Shown one piece after another: positions 49,196 through 63,600 of a stretch of DNA of 64,000 bases. The position numbers and the translations under genes are program-made. Each line of letters starts with the position of its first letter. Within the stretch, counting starts at the first letter, position 1. The notes beneath the pieces were generated by a model. That model was given only the letters and a program-made list of their open reading frames with translations, searched no databases and was not told where the DNA came from. Origin of the DNA: Lingula anatina (Eukaryota; Animalia; Brachiopoda); NCBI GenBank assembly GCA_051362555.1, contig CM120641.1, positions 37,826,401-37,890,400 of the forward strand, given 5' to 3'.

Positions 49196-50644
49196 ATGGA
49201 CTGTGATAGCGATGAACTGGTGTTCTTTGTTAATGGCAAGAAGGTAAGTCACCTTAAAGCGTTGATTTTATCGTTGCACTTTCTCAAGTTTATTTGAACT
49301 CCTTCTTACCTAATACTACTACGACACTGTACTACATGTAGTATAGCCTATGCACCGCAAGGGACAGGGAAGGCTCTCATGTTAACAATGTGCCCTTTAA
49401 GACGTACAAGACTTCAAATCAAGTTCCCTGATGTTATGTAAGCCACAGCTCAACATTTAATACTGTACTATTATTATTTTACGACCAAATATTAGTGAAA
49501 TTTGCGTAGCTATAGCAAATCAAGAAAAACTTTTTTGGTGTGTTTGCCGTGGGACTCAAGCACGAAAATTCATGCGTTAGCACTCCTGTTAGGCTAAGCA
49601 CAGACAGTACATATCAGAATCGTCAATTAGGAGTGCTAACGCATGAATTTTCGTGCTAGTGGGACTCCTGTGGTTACATATATAATATACGTGGTGGTTT
49701 GGGGGTGGGGGGGTGGGGTGGGGGAATTGCTTTGCTGTTGCCTTGCCTCTGCACTTAGATCTAATGCATTGTCATGTAGACTATTTGATAACCTTAATGG
49801 CCTATTTGTGTTTGTATTGGCCAAATCATAGATTGTTATTGGGGTGCATAGATCATTGAGCACTCTGACCCAACGACAATATTTATGTACAGTATGTATA
49901 CAAATATATATTTGACTTGATTAAATTTATTAACCTCTGTTTTTTTAGGTAGTGGAAAAGAATGCAGACCCAGAAACAACCTTGCTCCATTACTTGAGAA
50001 CTAAGTGTATCCTTTATACTGTCATTGGAATCATAATTTATCCTATGAATCTTGATGATCAACAAAAACTATAATAATGACCTGCATAGAATTTGATTCT
50101 TGCTAACCTTCAGCACCTCCAGTCTACAGTGACAGAAGTCACCTTTTCATAGAATCATCAATCAAGTGACAATATTAGACCATGTAGTTCTGTCATTGCC
50201 TTTCAATAGTTCACCTAGCTACTAGTAAATTGATGAATACTCTTATGTAATAAAACATAACTCGAATTGATTTCATGAATTAATAGTGTCTGTAATATAT
50301 AGTGTGAGACATGAGAATAGATGAAAAGTATAATCATATTAATTTAAATCTACATTTAAATGCTATTCCTTCATCAGTTAGCCTAATTGGGTTATATATA
50401 TTTTTAAAATTTTGTTATGTAATTATACATGATTTAATATCCTTGACTTCAATATGTTAGTGAGACTGACAGGTACAAAACTGGGATGTGCAGAGGGGGG
50501 CTGTGGAGCTTGCACAGTGATGGTGTCCAAGTGTGAGCGCCCATCAGGGAATATAATGTATCCTTTTGTAAAAAAAATTGATGATTGTTGGTTAGAGTAT
50601 GAGGTTTTGGTTTGCCAGTATGTGTGTATGTGTGCGTGCGTGTA

Positions 50645-50707
<63 letters not shown>

Positions 50708-51551
50708 AGAGAGAGAGGACAAGAGTGTTATTAGTTGCATGTTTACGAATGGGAAAAGAGACTCACTTCAATTTTTCCTTCAACATCATATTGCAGACAC
50801 TATTCTGTGAATGCTTGTCTGGCCCCAGTATGTGCCATGCATGGCCTGGCTGTCACAACTGTTGAGGGAATAGGTAGCACCAAGACCCAGCTCCATCCAG
50901 TACAGGTAATAGATGCCACATTTTTATACTGTAGGCTAACATATTGCAGCATAGGCCTTGGCATAATCATTTGAATACATGTAAGGTTTATGCCGTAAGG
51001 AGGATATTAGTTACCTGAATGAAACAAGCTGCACAAGTTCATTAGTTTGATTGAATCTAAAGGATAGTTAAAGGTAAGGGTTTGAAGTCGGCAGATTTGC
51101 AAGTTTGACAGCATATTATAAAATTAAAGAAATCATTAAACGGGCCATTTATTTTTCTCATTTGATGACTGTATAGCAAATATTAGTACCTCTGACAAGG
51201 AGGTAATGTTTGGCTTGCTGTTATTTAATAGTTTGCCTGTTATTTAACCTTTGTTTTAAAGAATGATCCCTTTAGTGGAATGGCATGTTTGGGGGCTGAA
51301 TACTGACACCCTGAGTTCAACTGCTGTGATTTATTGATGCTAATACCCAGCTTCTTTTTTGTTCAAGGTAACAAGTGGCTCCTTGTCATGAAAACGGGAT
51401 ATGTACCCTAGATTTCAAACATGGAAGGTCCCTTTAATTTTACCATGTGGTGTTTGTTATTTTATCTTTTGTTTTATATCAACTCAGTGGGGTATGAATA
51501 TTATTTTTAAATTTTCAGGAAGTATGTTCCAATACAAAAACTGACTGGTAC

Positions 51552-51624
<73 letters not shown>

Positions 51625-54600
51625 GTATGTACTGCAAGTATATATATTACTTTGGTCTGTTTTTATATTCTTTCCATGCTGTGACCCAGATTTTATGTAT
51701 GATATTATAGCTAACTCCTGGGGTAGAAAGTTGAGCAGTTGCTTGTAGTACATGACTGTTTTGTTATATATAACATATTTATCTACGTGTATATGCCTTA
51801 TAACTATACTGGTTGTATTTGTTAGCCCATCTGCTGTTAATTATCAGTAAAAAAAAAAAAGGTACCTCATGGTAGAGTGAAGAATGAAGTGGAAAAATTA
51901 AGTGTTGGTGTGAAATAGAAAACTGGAACTGAAAATAGTTAGGTGTTTTTAAACAATAGCATTACAGAAAACAATCTAACTGTTCTTCTGTCTAGATAAG
52001 TAAACAACCTGAAAAAAGTTGTCACTAGACAACTAGATAAATGAGAAAGGTTAGAAGTGATGGATTCTCACCCGTGTGGTATGACCTGGAAATGGTTAAC
52101 CCCAAGCATGTAAATTGAAGATCATTTGTAGAAATTGAATAATTGACATGTGTATTTTAAATCTCAAATTCTTTAAAAAATGCTGTTACAGTATTGAAAT
52201 AATTTCAGGAGAGGATTGCAAAGTCTCATGGCTCTCAGTGTGGATTCTGTACTCCAGGAATTGTCATGTCCATGTACACCCTGCTCAGGAATACTAGACA
52301 GCCTTCCATGGAAACTATGGAAAATGCTTTTCAGGGTGAGGTTTTTGAAAGATTAATGTCTGTTGTTTAAAAAGTATCTGAAATTCAAGGTGACAAGGAA
52401 ACAGTAAACTGTGTGACATGAGAGAAAAAAATTACACTTACATTGGTTTTTCCCTTTCTCCTTGCCCCCCCTACCACACACATGCAAACACACCTTAAAT
52501 TTATTGGAGTTATTATTTAGTAGCTAGTTTTCTTTATAAATCATTTAGTATCTAGTTTTCTTTATAAATCTAGGTAACCTCTGCCGATGCACTGGCTACA
52601 GGCCAATTCTGGAAGGCTTCAAAACTTTCACAAAAGAGTTTTACTGTGGGCAGGGTGAAAACTGCTGTAAAAATGGACCACTGAATCCAAGGGAAAATGA
52701 CCGGTTGTTTGAACCAAGTGAGTTTGTTCCTTTGGACCAAACCCAAGAACCTATATTCCCTCCCGAACTACAAGTGAGTAATGACAAGTTGTGTCATTAA
52801 CCAAGTGATATTAACCTACTTGAAATTTAGAGAAGTATGCTGCGATTGTTATTTATGCTAATTTGGTATAATGGTATGCTTTAAAGACTTACTAATGGAA
52901 CAATGGTATGTACAGTCTGAGCTTTTGATAATTGCTGAAGATTATTTAAAAAGTAGAGAATGTTTTGCCAAATTAAGTGTTTTTGATGTTAAAATTTCAA
53001 TATAGAATCAGAACATTTATAATTGGTAAATTGATTGTTTTTATTTGCAGCTTTCCAATAAGCTTGACAATAAACTGCTTGTATTCAGAGGGGAAAGAAC
53101 CACATGGCTGAGGCCTGTGACCTTAAATGAACTATTGGATTTGAAAGCCAAGCACCCTCAGTCAAGGATGGTGGTTGGAAACACAGAAGTTGGTTAGTTT
53201 TTTAAAAACATACCCTAAAACATGAGTTGGGGTTAGAAAGAACAGTCCTATTGGTTGGAAAAGGTCCACATTTTCAGAAAATGAGCCCTCTTTGTAATTG
53301 CTGACTAAAGAGCCTTATAGATTTCTTTGTTTTAATATGGTATCCAAGTAAAGGTAAAAAGGATAAGATAAAGGTGAAAAATTTATTTTTTTTCGAGAAA
53401 AACTGAACTGGGTTTAACAAATGTTGACAAGAATATGCTGAATATAAAGAAGGCAAAGGTTAAAGGGATGAAACTAATAATAAACATTGTTTATTTGTAG
53501 GTATTGAGGTTAAGTTTAAAAACATGACTTATCCAGTGATAATTGCTCCAACACATGTCCCTGAGCTTCTTGAGGTCAAACACACAAATACAGGCATCAC
53601 TTTTGGAAGTTCTGTTTCACTGTCAAGATTGAATCAAATCCTGGTCGAAACAGTAAACAAACTGCCAGGTGAGATGTTTTTGTTTTAGAGAAAAAGTGTC
53701 TGATTTTCTTACATTAGAATTATAGTTCAACAAATATATTTGAAGTTACAGTATGTGATTTTTTTTGTTTTTTTTTTATCTACCTATTTTCATTTCAAAT
53801 AGCTTGTTTTTCTTATGCTTACTTATAACATTTTTTCATTAAATCTATTTTGACTAAACAAATATCTATGCAAGCACAGTTTAAACATTTAATTTGGCAT
53901 GTGTAATATATAAAAGATGTCATCTTTTTAGAACACAAGACTCGAGTGTTTGCTGCTATTATTGAAATGCTAAGGTGGTTTGCAGGTGATCAGATCAGAA
54001 ATGTTGCAGTAAGTTTCTATTTTTCTTCTTGTTCTGATAGTGTGTACATATATTTGTTATTCTTATCCAAATGATGCCCTTAGCAGGGGCTGATTGAGGC
54101 CGTCTTCTGGGTCTTCCGGAAGACAGTCAGATTTTCAAGTTTACATTGATGGATATCTCATTTTTCTGTCGGAAGACGGTCAAAAATGGAGGATGGATCA
54201 ACAAAGATATTTTGGAAGTCTGTCAAAAAATATATCTGGATCCGCCCCCGCTTAGTAACATGAACTGTGAAAAAAAAATTCATTGATACATTTTTGTCTC
54301 CATTTATTTTAAAGAATTCAAGATAATAATTGCATTGATTTTATTAATATTTTTATTTTTAGGCCATTTCAGGTAACATTATGACTGCTAGTCCCATCTC
54401 AGATTTGAATCCAATATTTATGTCTGCTGGTTGTTCGTTAATTGTCTGCTCAAAAGGTGAGTGATAACTTCCAAAGGTCTAGGTGTGTTTGTTTTTTCCC
54501 CTGCATATGTTCAATGAGGCAATTTGACATCTTGGTGAAACACTGGTCTTTGGGGTTTGAAAAAAAAATAGAAAAAAATTGGGGTAAAAATTATGGAGAA

Positions 54601-57600
54601 CATATATCTGATGGTTTCCTTTAAAATTAACCCATGGCAAGGAATTCTAAACAAGATTTCGGGCTTTAAAAATTTTATGGCCCTGATATTTAATTTCTAA
54701 TATTTTTGCATTTCCTACCGATTGTCTCTTATTCAATCCTCCTGGAGTTAGAGATGTCACATTTTTTTTAAGTTAAATGATTTTCTTAAATTTTCCCTCA
54801 GCATTAAGAAGCATCTTTAGCCAAATTAAGAAACATCTAATGTTCCCTTTTACATTAGCGCAGGATACTTGTATTTATATGGAAACAGAGAAAAGGGAAA
54901 TATGTTAAAGACAGAAATTTCTGTAACTCATTTTTCATATTTTGATCCCTTGTCTTTTTGATATAGTGCTGATATTTTAAAAATGATTACTCTCATCTAT
55001 GAGAAACGGATTGTTTTATCTGATCAAAATGATGTCCAATTCCACTTAGACTATAGTGTTTTCTCTATTGTCTGCTTTAGTAAGGGGTGCCAGAGAACTG
55101 CTGTTGGACCACACTTTCTTCTTAGGATACAGAAGGACAGTGGTGGAGCCTGATGAAGTCCTGATCTCAGTTCATGTACCATTCACAAGTGAGGTACATG
55201 TAATATCAAAAATATATCAAAAATTCAAAGTCTAGAAAGTTAAACCAAATTGGTTGAAATTGTTTGAAAAGAAACCCCTCAAAAATTATTAATACTTAAG
55301 GTGTGAAGTTTAAGGCATACTTTTGATAAAAAAATGTGCTGAATTTTGGACTTTAATAACTAAGCAGTTATCTATGATGTTTTAATTGCACCACCATTGT
55401 GAAAGCTTGGGTCAGGCGTGGTTTAACCCCAGGCTCGTCTTGTTAATTTCCCCTCAATACAACAGTGCACCTCATGGCATTGCCTCTGGCATGAAAACTT
55501 TTGACTCTAAGGCTCTTATAACATCCCTCTGGCAATCAGTTAGAAAAACAATCAAAAATGTCATGCCTATGTGATGCCAGTTTCAGAAAAGATGATTGCT
55601 GACACAGTCTTCTGCAAACTTGCATACTAAATGTATTCTTAATGTCTTTTTCTATTCTATCGATGTATGAGCTCAGTGACTAAGATTTTTTATTTATTGA
55701 AGTTTTACATGGTAGTAAAAGTCATGATATCATAAAAAGGTGCCTGCAACTAAGAATAAGTAGTACAGTCAGGTGTTGATACATACAAATACTGTCTGCA
55801 TGTAAATGCAGCAGTCAAGGTGAAATACAGGTAGGTTTCACATCTGTCAAGGTGGGCTGATGAGTTTTGCTATGAGGTAGATTTGAAGTATGTCTCAGCA
55901 AGATGTCAGTTGTAATTCCTGCCTTTGAGTAGTGCTGTAGAAATGTTTTAGTCACCTTGTTCTGAATTGGTATGTTACAAATAATAAAATGTATATTTAA
56001 GAAATTGTTCAGTCTGTTGAATTTACCCTGTTCTTCCAGAATGAATATTTCTATGCATACAAGCAAGCTCAGAGGAGAGAAGATGACATATCTATAGTGA
56101 ATGCTGCCATGAAAGTGGAGTTGGAACAGGGTGGTAACACTATCAAACAAATGGCTCTGAGTTTTGGTGGCATGGCCCCCACTACCGTTATGGCTCTAAG
56201 GGCAGCTCAGCAAGCTGTTGGGAGGTAGCATTTTTAACCGACTTTTTAAACCAAGTTTTATTTAGCTTGAAGTCTTGATATCTCTTATTAATAATTCTAT
56301 CTTGAATGACTTTAAATATTGTAAAACGTTAATTTTTTAAACTAGAGTCCCCCATAGTGATTTTGATTTTACTTGGAAAATGTATATTACATACATCACA
56401 TTCTTTCTTCCAATTGCAACACATGTTTTTTAGCAGATGTTGAAAAACTAGTTTTAAATAGATGCTACATGTACATACTCCCTAGCATGGTAACTAATTT
56501 TTGTATTAGTAGCACTACTCTTGGTCTCAGGAAGGGCAATTATAAGGTGCCACGTAATTGAAAGCTTTTTACATATGTTCTGCTTTAATTTCAGGAAATG
56601 GGAAGATGACCTGGTGACAGATATGTGTGGTTGGCTGGCAGATGACCTTCCATTGACCCCTGATGCTCCAGGAGGTCAGACAGAATACAGGCGGACATTA
56701 ACCACAAGTTTTTTCTTTAAGTTTTATCTCAGTGTGCAAATGAGGTTGAGCGAAGAGAAGGTAAATTTACCTTAAATTATTAGAACTGTATTTCTCAGAA
56801 AAAGACAAGAAACTACAAAATGTGATGAAAAGCCCATAAATGAGCCCCTAGAAAATGATAAGTCAAATACACAGTTGTCAGAAAGACCTTTAAATCAGAT
56901 TTAATCAGTCTTTAAGGAATTAAGTACACAAATATGGTGCACTTTGCATTGGAAACAAAACAAAACAAAACAAAAAACAAAGGGGTATACTATGATGGTT
57001 TTCCAGTTAATCTATCAGATTTAAGTGTACATAGTTTTATGACTTTTCTAACTTTGTATCCTCATAGGTTGGTCTAAGCAATGTTCCCAGATCATACAGA
57101 AGTGCCTTGCCCGTCTATCACCGGGAACCCATTAAAAGCACTCAGGTGTATGAAGAGGTTCCTGAGGCCCAATCAGAGAAGGATGCTGTGGGGAGACCCC
57201 TGCCACACAAAGCAGGCTCACAGCAGGCCACTGGAGAGGCTCAGTACTGTGATGATATGCCTTATGCTGATGGTATGTAGATTGGAGTAAATTTTTACCT
57301 AAAGTAGATGGAATAGAACCCTTTGTCATCTCTGTAACTATGGATAATGCTGAAGAAATTTTGTTGTTTATTTAAATCATTTATTTCATTCTGATGGAAA
57401 TTGATCTGTGTAGTAACGTTACTCATGATGATGAAATTTTTAAATTGTTCAATTTCTATGCTAACTGAAAGCATACCTGTAATAGCTATTACCTGTATGC
57501 TTTCAGTTAGTGTAGAAATTGAACAGTTTAAAAATTTCACCATTATGTATTTCATGTTTGCATTTTCTCATATATGAGGTTGTACCAGTTTCTAAATGAT

Positions 57601-60600
57601 ATCATTTATTATAAAAACGAATTTAAATAGAAAAGAATTCTCTATCATTATCTCTATCATTTAATTGACCAAGAAAAAAATAAATAAATAAATAAAATAA
57701 AAATAAAAATAAATAACTTTCTGTTCTAGGTGAGCTGTATCTTGCCTTAGTCACAAGCACAAGACCTCATGCCAAGATCCTTAATATTGATGCCAGTGAT
57801 GCCTTAAAAATGACAGGTGTAAAAGCCTTCTTTTGTCACAAAGATGTACCTGGAAATAATAAGGAGGGCCCAGCTGCAGTTAAAGATGAGGAGGTTTTTG
57901 CATCAGAAAAGGTGTGGGTGAGGTATTTGTGGACATGTAATGTAAAGGCAAATTGTGATAGTAAAGCTGGAAGTACCAACAGAAAATGTGGCGTAACTTC
58001 TTTTAAGTTTTGGCATCCACAAGATGGGTTATAAAAGTGAAAGATCTGTCAAAGAATTCAGGGTTATAAAAGTGATAGATCTGTCAAAGAATTCATTCAG
58101 CAGTTGTCTTATCAACAATATCTATTGTTTCACAAATATGAGCATTTCAGTATTTCTTCATCTCTCTCATTTAAAAAAATTATCATTGACATGTAAAAAG
58201 ATATTGAAATCTCCTGATTGAGCTGTGCTGGTTTACTCCTTGCAGTTATAACAGAATATTTCTGTATTTTTCTTAAGTATGTTTGTAAATTTTGGTTCAG
58301 GTGACTTGTGTGGGTCAGGTGATAGGAGCAGTGGTAGCAGACAACCAGGTCCATGCTCAGAGAGCTGCCAAGGCTGTCATTGTGGAATATGAAGACTTGC
58401 CAGCAATTGTCACAATTGAGGTATCTGAATGTAGGATAAAATAAGGGGATGGGTTTTTCTTGCGATTTTTAAAATCTTAAGATAATGAAACACATTTTCA
58501 GCCACGAAGATTATTTATCGTGACTGGCCAAAGTTCTGGTATGTTTATACAATAGTTGCTTTCTGTCTCTTATGTTTGTTTCTTCTCATTCTTCAATTTA
58601 CAAATCCTTACCTATCACCCTCCTTATTCATCCTGTTTTAGTTAAAACTACCAAATCAACAAAGGCAAAAAGATATCCTTCTTGGCACGGGTAATAAGTC
58701 GTCTGGTGTTGAACTCTTTACAGGAAGCCATTGAAGCAGGGTCTTACCACCCTCCAGCCAGGTCCATGTCCTGTGGAGATGTGGACCAAGGTTTTGCCCA
58801 GTCTGACCACGTGCTGACTGGTGAGAAAAGAGTTGGTGGACAGGAGCACTTTTATCTGGAGACACAAGTGACCAGAGCTGTTCCTAGGGGGGAGGATGGA
58901 GAAATGGAAGTTTTCAGTTCTACCCAGGCTCCATCAATTGGACAGGTAAATACTTTTTAAGTTGGAGAATTGTTGTCAGTGGAATGAATGAATCTCACGA
59001 GTGAAAAAATGCCTTGGCCACAAATTTATCATTTGTGGTGCATGCTGTATTCTGGTCAGATAGTGGTGTAATAAAAGTATATGGATCAAACATTATTATT
59101 GAATGAAAAGCATTACAAAGACAGTTTCATTTCCATTAATCTTATGTTTTTGCGACATATTAATTTCAATTCTCTCTTGATTTGTTGGCTTTGAATAAAA
59201 AAGTGTTTGATCATTATGCTTGGTTGTTTGGGGTGTATGGATATGGTACATCTTGCATTAAAACACTACACATGCTGTTTCTTGATATTATAGAAGTAAG
59301 GTGGTGCATTTATATATTTGATTTCAGTTTATGATAGCCAGTGCTCTAGGAGTTCCAGCCAACAGGATTACTGTACGAGTAAAAAGATTGGGTAAGTTAT
59401 TTTCAAAACTGTCTCTTAATCACAAGTGGCACAGAATAAATTCTGAAAATGGTTGGGATATCATCACATTTCTTCCTTATTAAGAATTTTTATTAAACCC
59501 ACTGTCCCTAAATGTTCCTTTTTTTTTGTTGTATTTGTTGTATAGGAGGTGGTTTTGGAGGAAAGGAAACACGTTTTCATGTTCTTATGGTACCAGTGGC
59601 AGTTGCAGCTTTCAAGTAAGTCCAAGATGACAATTAATTGCCTCTTAGTTTATTTATATTTTACAAAATCTAATTTAAAAAAAAATATATATGACCCCCA
59701 AGTCCTAATTCACACGCACACACATGTAAAATGTTGAAAGTGAGCTGCTTAGGTATCTCAAATAGGCAGTCAAGTTTGCCCCAACTGCTTTTACTGGTAT
59801 ATACATATATATATGTGTATGGACATGTTTGTGCATCTTATCATATTGTTAGATTGAATTGTTCTACTCCACAAGGCTTAATTGCCCAGTTCGCTGCATG
59901 TTGGATAGAGATGAAGATATGTTGGTAACTGGTGGGAGACACCCTTTTCTTGGCAAATACAAGGTATGGTATATTTTATCAGTCAATTCACCATCTTTGT
60001 ATATTTTGTTTTTTAAATATAATTATGCAGGCACTTATTAAGTCTCTATGTTCTGATCATCTGTCTTTCCATGTTGTAATATGTTTTATTAAAATGAATT
60101 TATAGAATTTTTGATTTTACAAGTACTTGTAATTTTCAATAAATACAAGTTAGTTTTTGTTGAAGGAAGTCCATTCTTCTTTATGTTTTCCCATCAGGTT
60201 GGATTCAGCAACAGTGGTAAAATCCTTGCTTTAGATGCAGCTTTGTACTCCAATGCAGGCAACAGTGCTGATCTCTCTTTGGCGGTAAATTGACCTCAGC
60301 TTTTGAAATTTCTATTTACCTTGTCCTTAAATGCATTGTCATTTGAAGATTAAAGCAGGCAGTATGAAGTGAATTTTTTTGGTTATATTCAGGAACTCCA
60401 CAAGTGAAAATAGACATAAGAAGGTTGCCATGTTTTAACTGCATCATTACTAGCTAGTGCATAACGTATACTGTGGCATAGACTGAATTGATTTCCAACC
60501 CTCAGAATGCAAGCTAGGAGCCTCTGTACAATGTATTAAAATGGAAATATAAGGTGTTGCTGTCATTGAAATGTTAATTAATACCTGCTTTAGGTAACTG

Positions 60601-63600
60601 ATGAATACCGAAAAGATTATTTTCTAAGGAAATTAAAAATTTTTTTCAAGTTTGATATGAAAGAATTGATTTTCTCACCCAAGGCCCAAACCTCTTTTCA
60701 ACTGTAATTGTTTTCTTCACAGGTAATGGAGAGGGCAATGTTTCACATTGACAGCTGTTACAAGTTGCATAATGTCAGAGTTGTGGGACACTTGTGTAAA
60801 ACCAACCTTCCATCAAACACAGCTTTCCGAGGGTTTGGAGGGCCTCAGGGGCTGATGATCATGGAGACAGTAATAAATGACATTGCTGACTATTTGGGGG
60901 TTTCGCCTCTGGAGGTAAGAGCTGGATTTTTACACAAATAATTTAAATGAGAAAAAATTCTTTCTGGAAACGTATGGATACATTGACCAGATATTAATGA
61001 GGAAGTATTCCCTCTAGAAACTTATGGATATATTGTATATTGAGCAAATATTGATAATGCTTTAAACCAGTTAAACGTGAAAGTGTGACAGTTGTATTTG
61101 TACAAGGAAAAAAAATGAATTTTCAGGTGCGTGAGTTGAATATGTACAAAGAGAATGACGTTACACACTTTGATCAAAAACTCGTCAACTGCAACATACG
61201 GCGCTGCTGGGATGAAGTAATTAAACAAAGTAACTTTCACAGAAGAAGACAAGAAATTGATATTTACAATAGGTAAGTTCTCTCTATTTAATTAAAATTC
61301 CATAAAAGTTATTGATAATTACCTTTATTATAGCTTCTAATTAACATAAAGAGAGTGGAAATGAAGTACTATTGCTAATTTTCTTGCTCCTTGGCACATG
61401 AAGAAACAAAAAAGATTTATGGAGGTAAAAGTTGTCACAGGGGAGCATACTCTGGAATGGCCTTTCGGACTCTTGTTATGCATGGTTTATTTTACTTCAA
61501 AAAATATCTTCCTCTCCTTAGATTACAATGTTTGCATTGGCCCTTTCATTTTCTACCAAGTTAACAATAAATACAAGCATTCTCATTTTTGCAGTGAGAA
61601 TCGTTGGAAAAAACGTGGTATTGCAGTCATCCCCACAAAGTTTGGTATATCTTTTACAGCTACATTTCTTAATCAAGTAAGTTGCATTATATTAAGACAT
61701 GCATGCATACAGTTAATTAAAAAATTGTGACAAGGAATTGTAAAATGAGGTTTACATATAAATCTGCCTGCACACTTTGTTGGAGTCTTTTTGTATGTGA
61801 AATGCCAACAGTGCTTCAGAAATGGTACCTGACATGATAATGACATACCCATTTTTAAATGAAAGGAATTCCATTAACTCCAGAGTACAGACTGCAGACA
61901 GAAATCATGCTGACAATTCTTCTATAAAATTAGGTTTTAGATTCAATTTTTTACCAATTTTGTAGGGGGGAGCTTTGGTCCATGTCTACCAGAATGATGG
62001 CTCTGTTCTTATCACACATGGGGGCACAGAAATGGGTCAAGGCCTTCATACCAAGATGAGCCAGGTAGCGCAATAATTCATTCACTTTTACTCAGTTGAA
62101 TGCTTATTACAAGTTAATCTGGAAAGATAAGTCATGTATTTTACATATGTTATAAGGAACATAAAAATTCTTCATTTTAGAAAGGCACTTTTTATTGCAT
62201 TAATACAGAATTTTTTAAAATTGGGTTTTATGTATAACAGACTTCCACAATTGCATCATGTAGTTCTTTTTTGTTGTTGTTGTTTATTTTATAATTAATG
62301 TCTCTAGAAGGGAAAACACATTTGTGACCACTGAAAGGTCTTACAATACACTGCCCTTGTCTGCTGTTTTAGGTTGCTAGTAGAGCTCTAAACATCCCCA
62401 TTTCCAAGATTCATATTAGTGAGACCAGCACCAACATGGTACCAAACGCCTCAGCATCTGCTGCCAGTGCCTGCTCTGATTTGTATGGCATGGCAATCTT
62501 GGTAAGCAGTCACTAAACCTCACAGATATTTATAATGTTATATTCTGCAGAAAATATAACACAATGTAGATGTTTTCTGATTCTATAATTAACTCGACTA
62601 CATGTCTTTTTTTAGAATGCCTGCCAGATTATTATGGAACGCATAGAACCGTACAAAACTGCCAACTCGAAAGGCACTTGGGAAGAATGGGTATGTTATG
62701 TGCAAAGAACTTCAGTGAAATACATTTACAGGCTTGTCAAACACTTACATATCTCTTTGCCTGACATGATAAAAACCTTCCTTTAAACAGTTTCATTTTT
62801 AAAAATAAATAAAAATAATTTTAATTAAAAATAATTTAAATTTTATTTAAAAATAGATAAAATTGATTGATAGAAAATAATAAGTGAATTGAAATAGAGG
62901 AAGAATTTTCTTTAATTTGAAGTTATATTATATAACTGAAAGTGTCTCAGATACAACATGTGCACCTTCCTGACAGGTGGACATTTTGTGTTTCATTTCA
63001 GTTTAGTTCATTCCTGAACTGGTGTTTACATTTTTATGGCCATGTATGTTGTAATATAATATAATTGTTACATTACACATGATGTAAACATATATTTTTC
63101 TATAACTAAGAAAGCTATTTAAAGGTTTAATTTTAATGATTTAGTCATGATAACATTGCAGGTGAAGGCTGCCTACTTTGACAGAGTTAGTCTATCGACA
63201 ACTGGGTTTTACAAGTAAGAACAATTAAACAAGAAGAATAACAAATGTATTTAATTAAAATGTCAGGTATTTAATTTGAAGAAGCAATGAATAAGTTTTG
63301 ATGAAAGAAATATTATGTTGATACGTAATAATGTGTCGCCCAATTTTAAGCTTTGTTTTAGGTTCACATTCTCTTTATCACCACAGTGATTGAAATTGAT
63401 AGTTTCCAGCGAGTTAAATTCTTTTAAAATGGTATTCTTACTGCTGTCCTTGTTTCTAGGACTCCAGACATTCAAGGTTTTGATTGGGAGAATAACAAAG
63501 GGATGATGCCCTTCAATTACTTTACCTTTGGTGCAGCATGCTCAGAAGTGGAAATCGACTGTCTCACGGGAGATCATACGGTACATGAACGAATATTTTC

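Noticed and set aside
5306-51753. Numerous 60-140 aa ORFs with SLSLSL, THTHTH, IIIII or YIYIYI runs
   Set aside because: These are translations of microsatellites or chance ORFs in introns and intergenic DNA.
56821-56900. C-box-like GTGATGA suggesting an intronic C/D snoRNA
   Set aside because: No suitably placed CTGA D box or terminal stem.
58421-58723. Third U12 intron in XDH (donor GTATCTGAA)
   Set aside because: The donor departs from GTATCCTT after +5 and there is no TCCTTRAC within about 40 nt of the acceptor; treated as U2-type.
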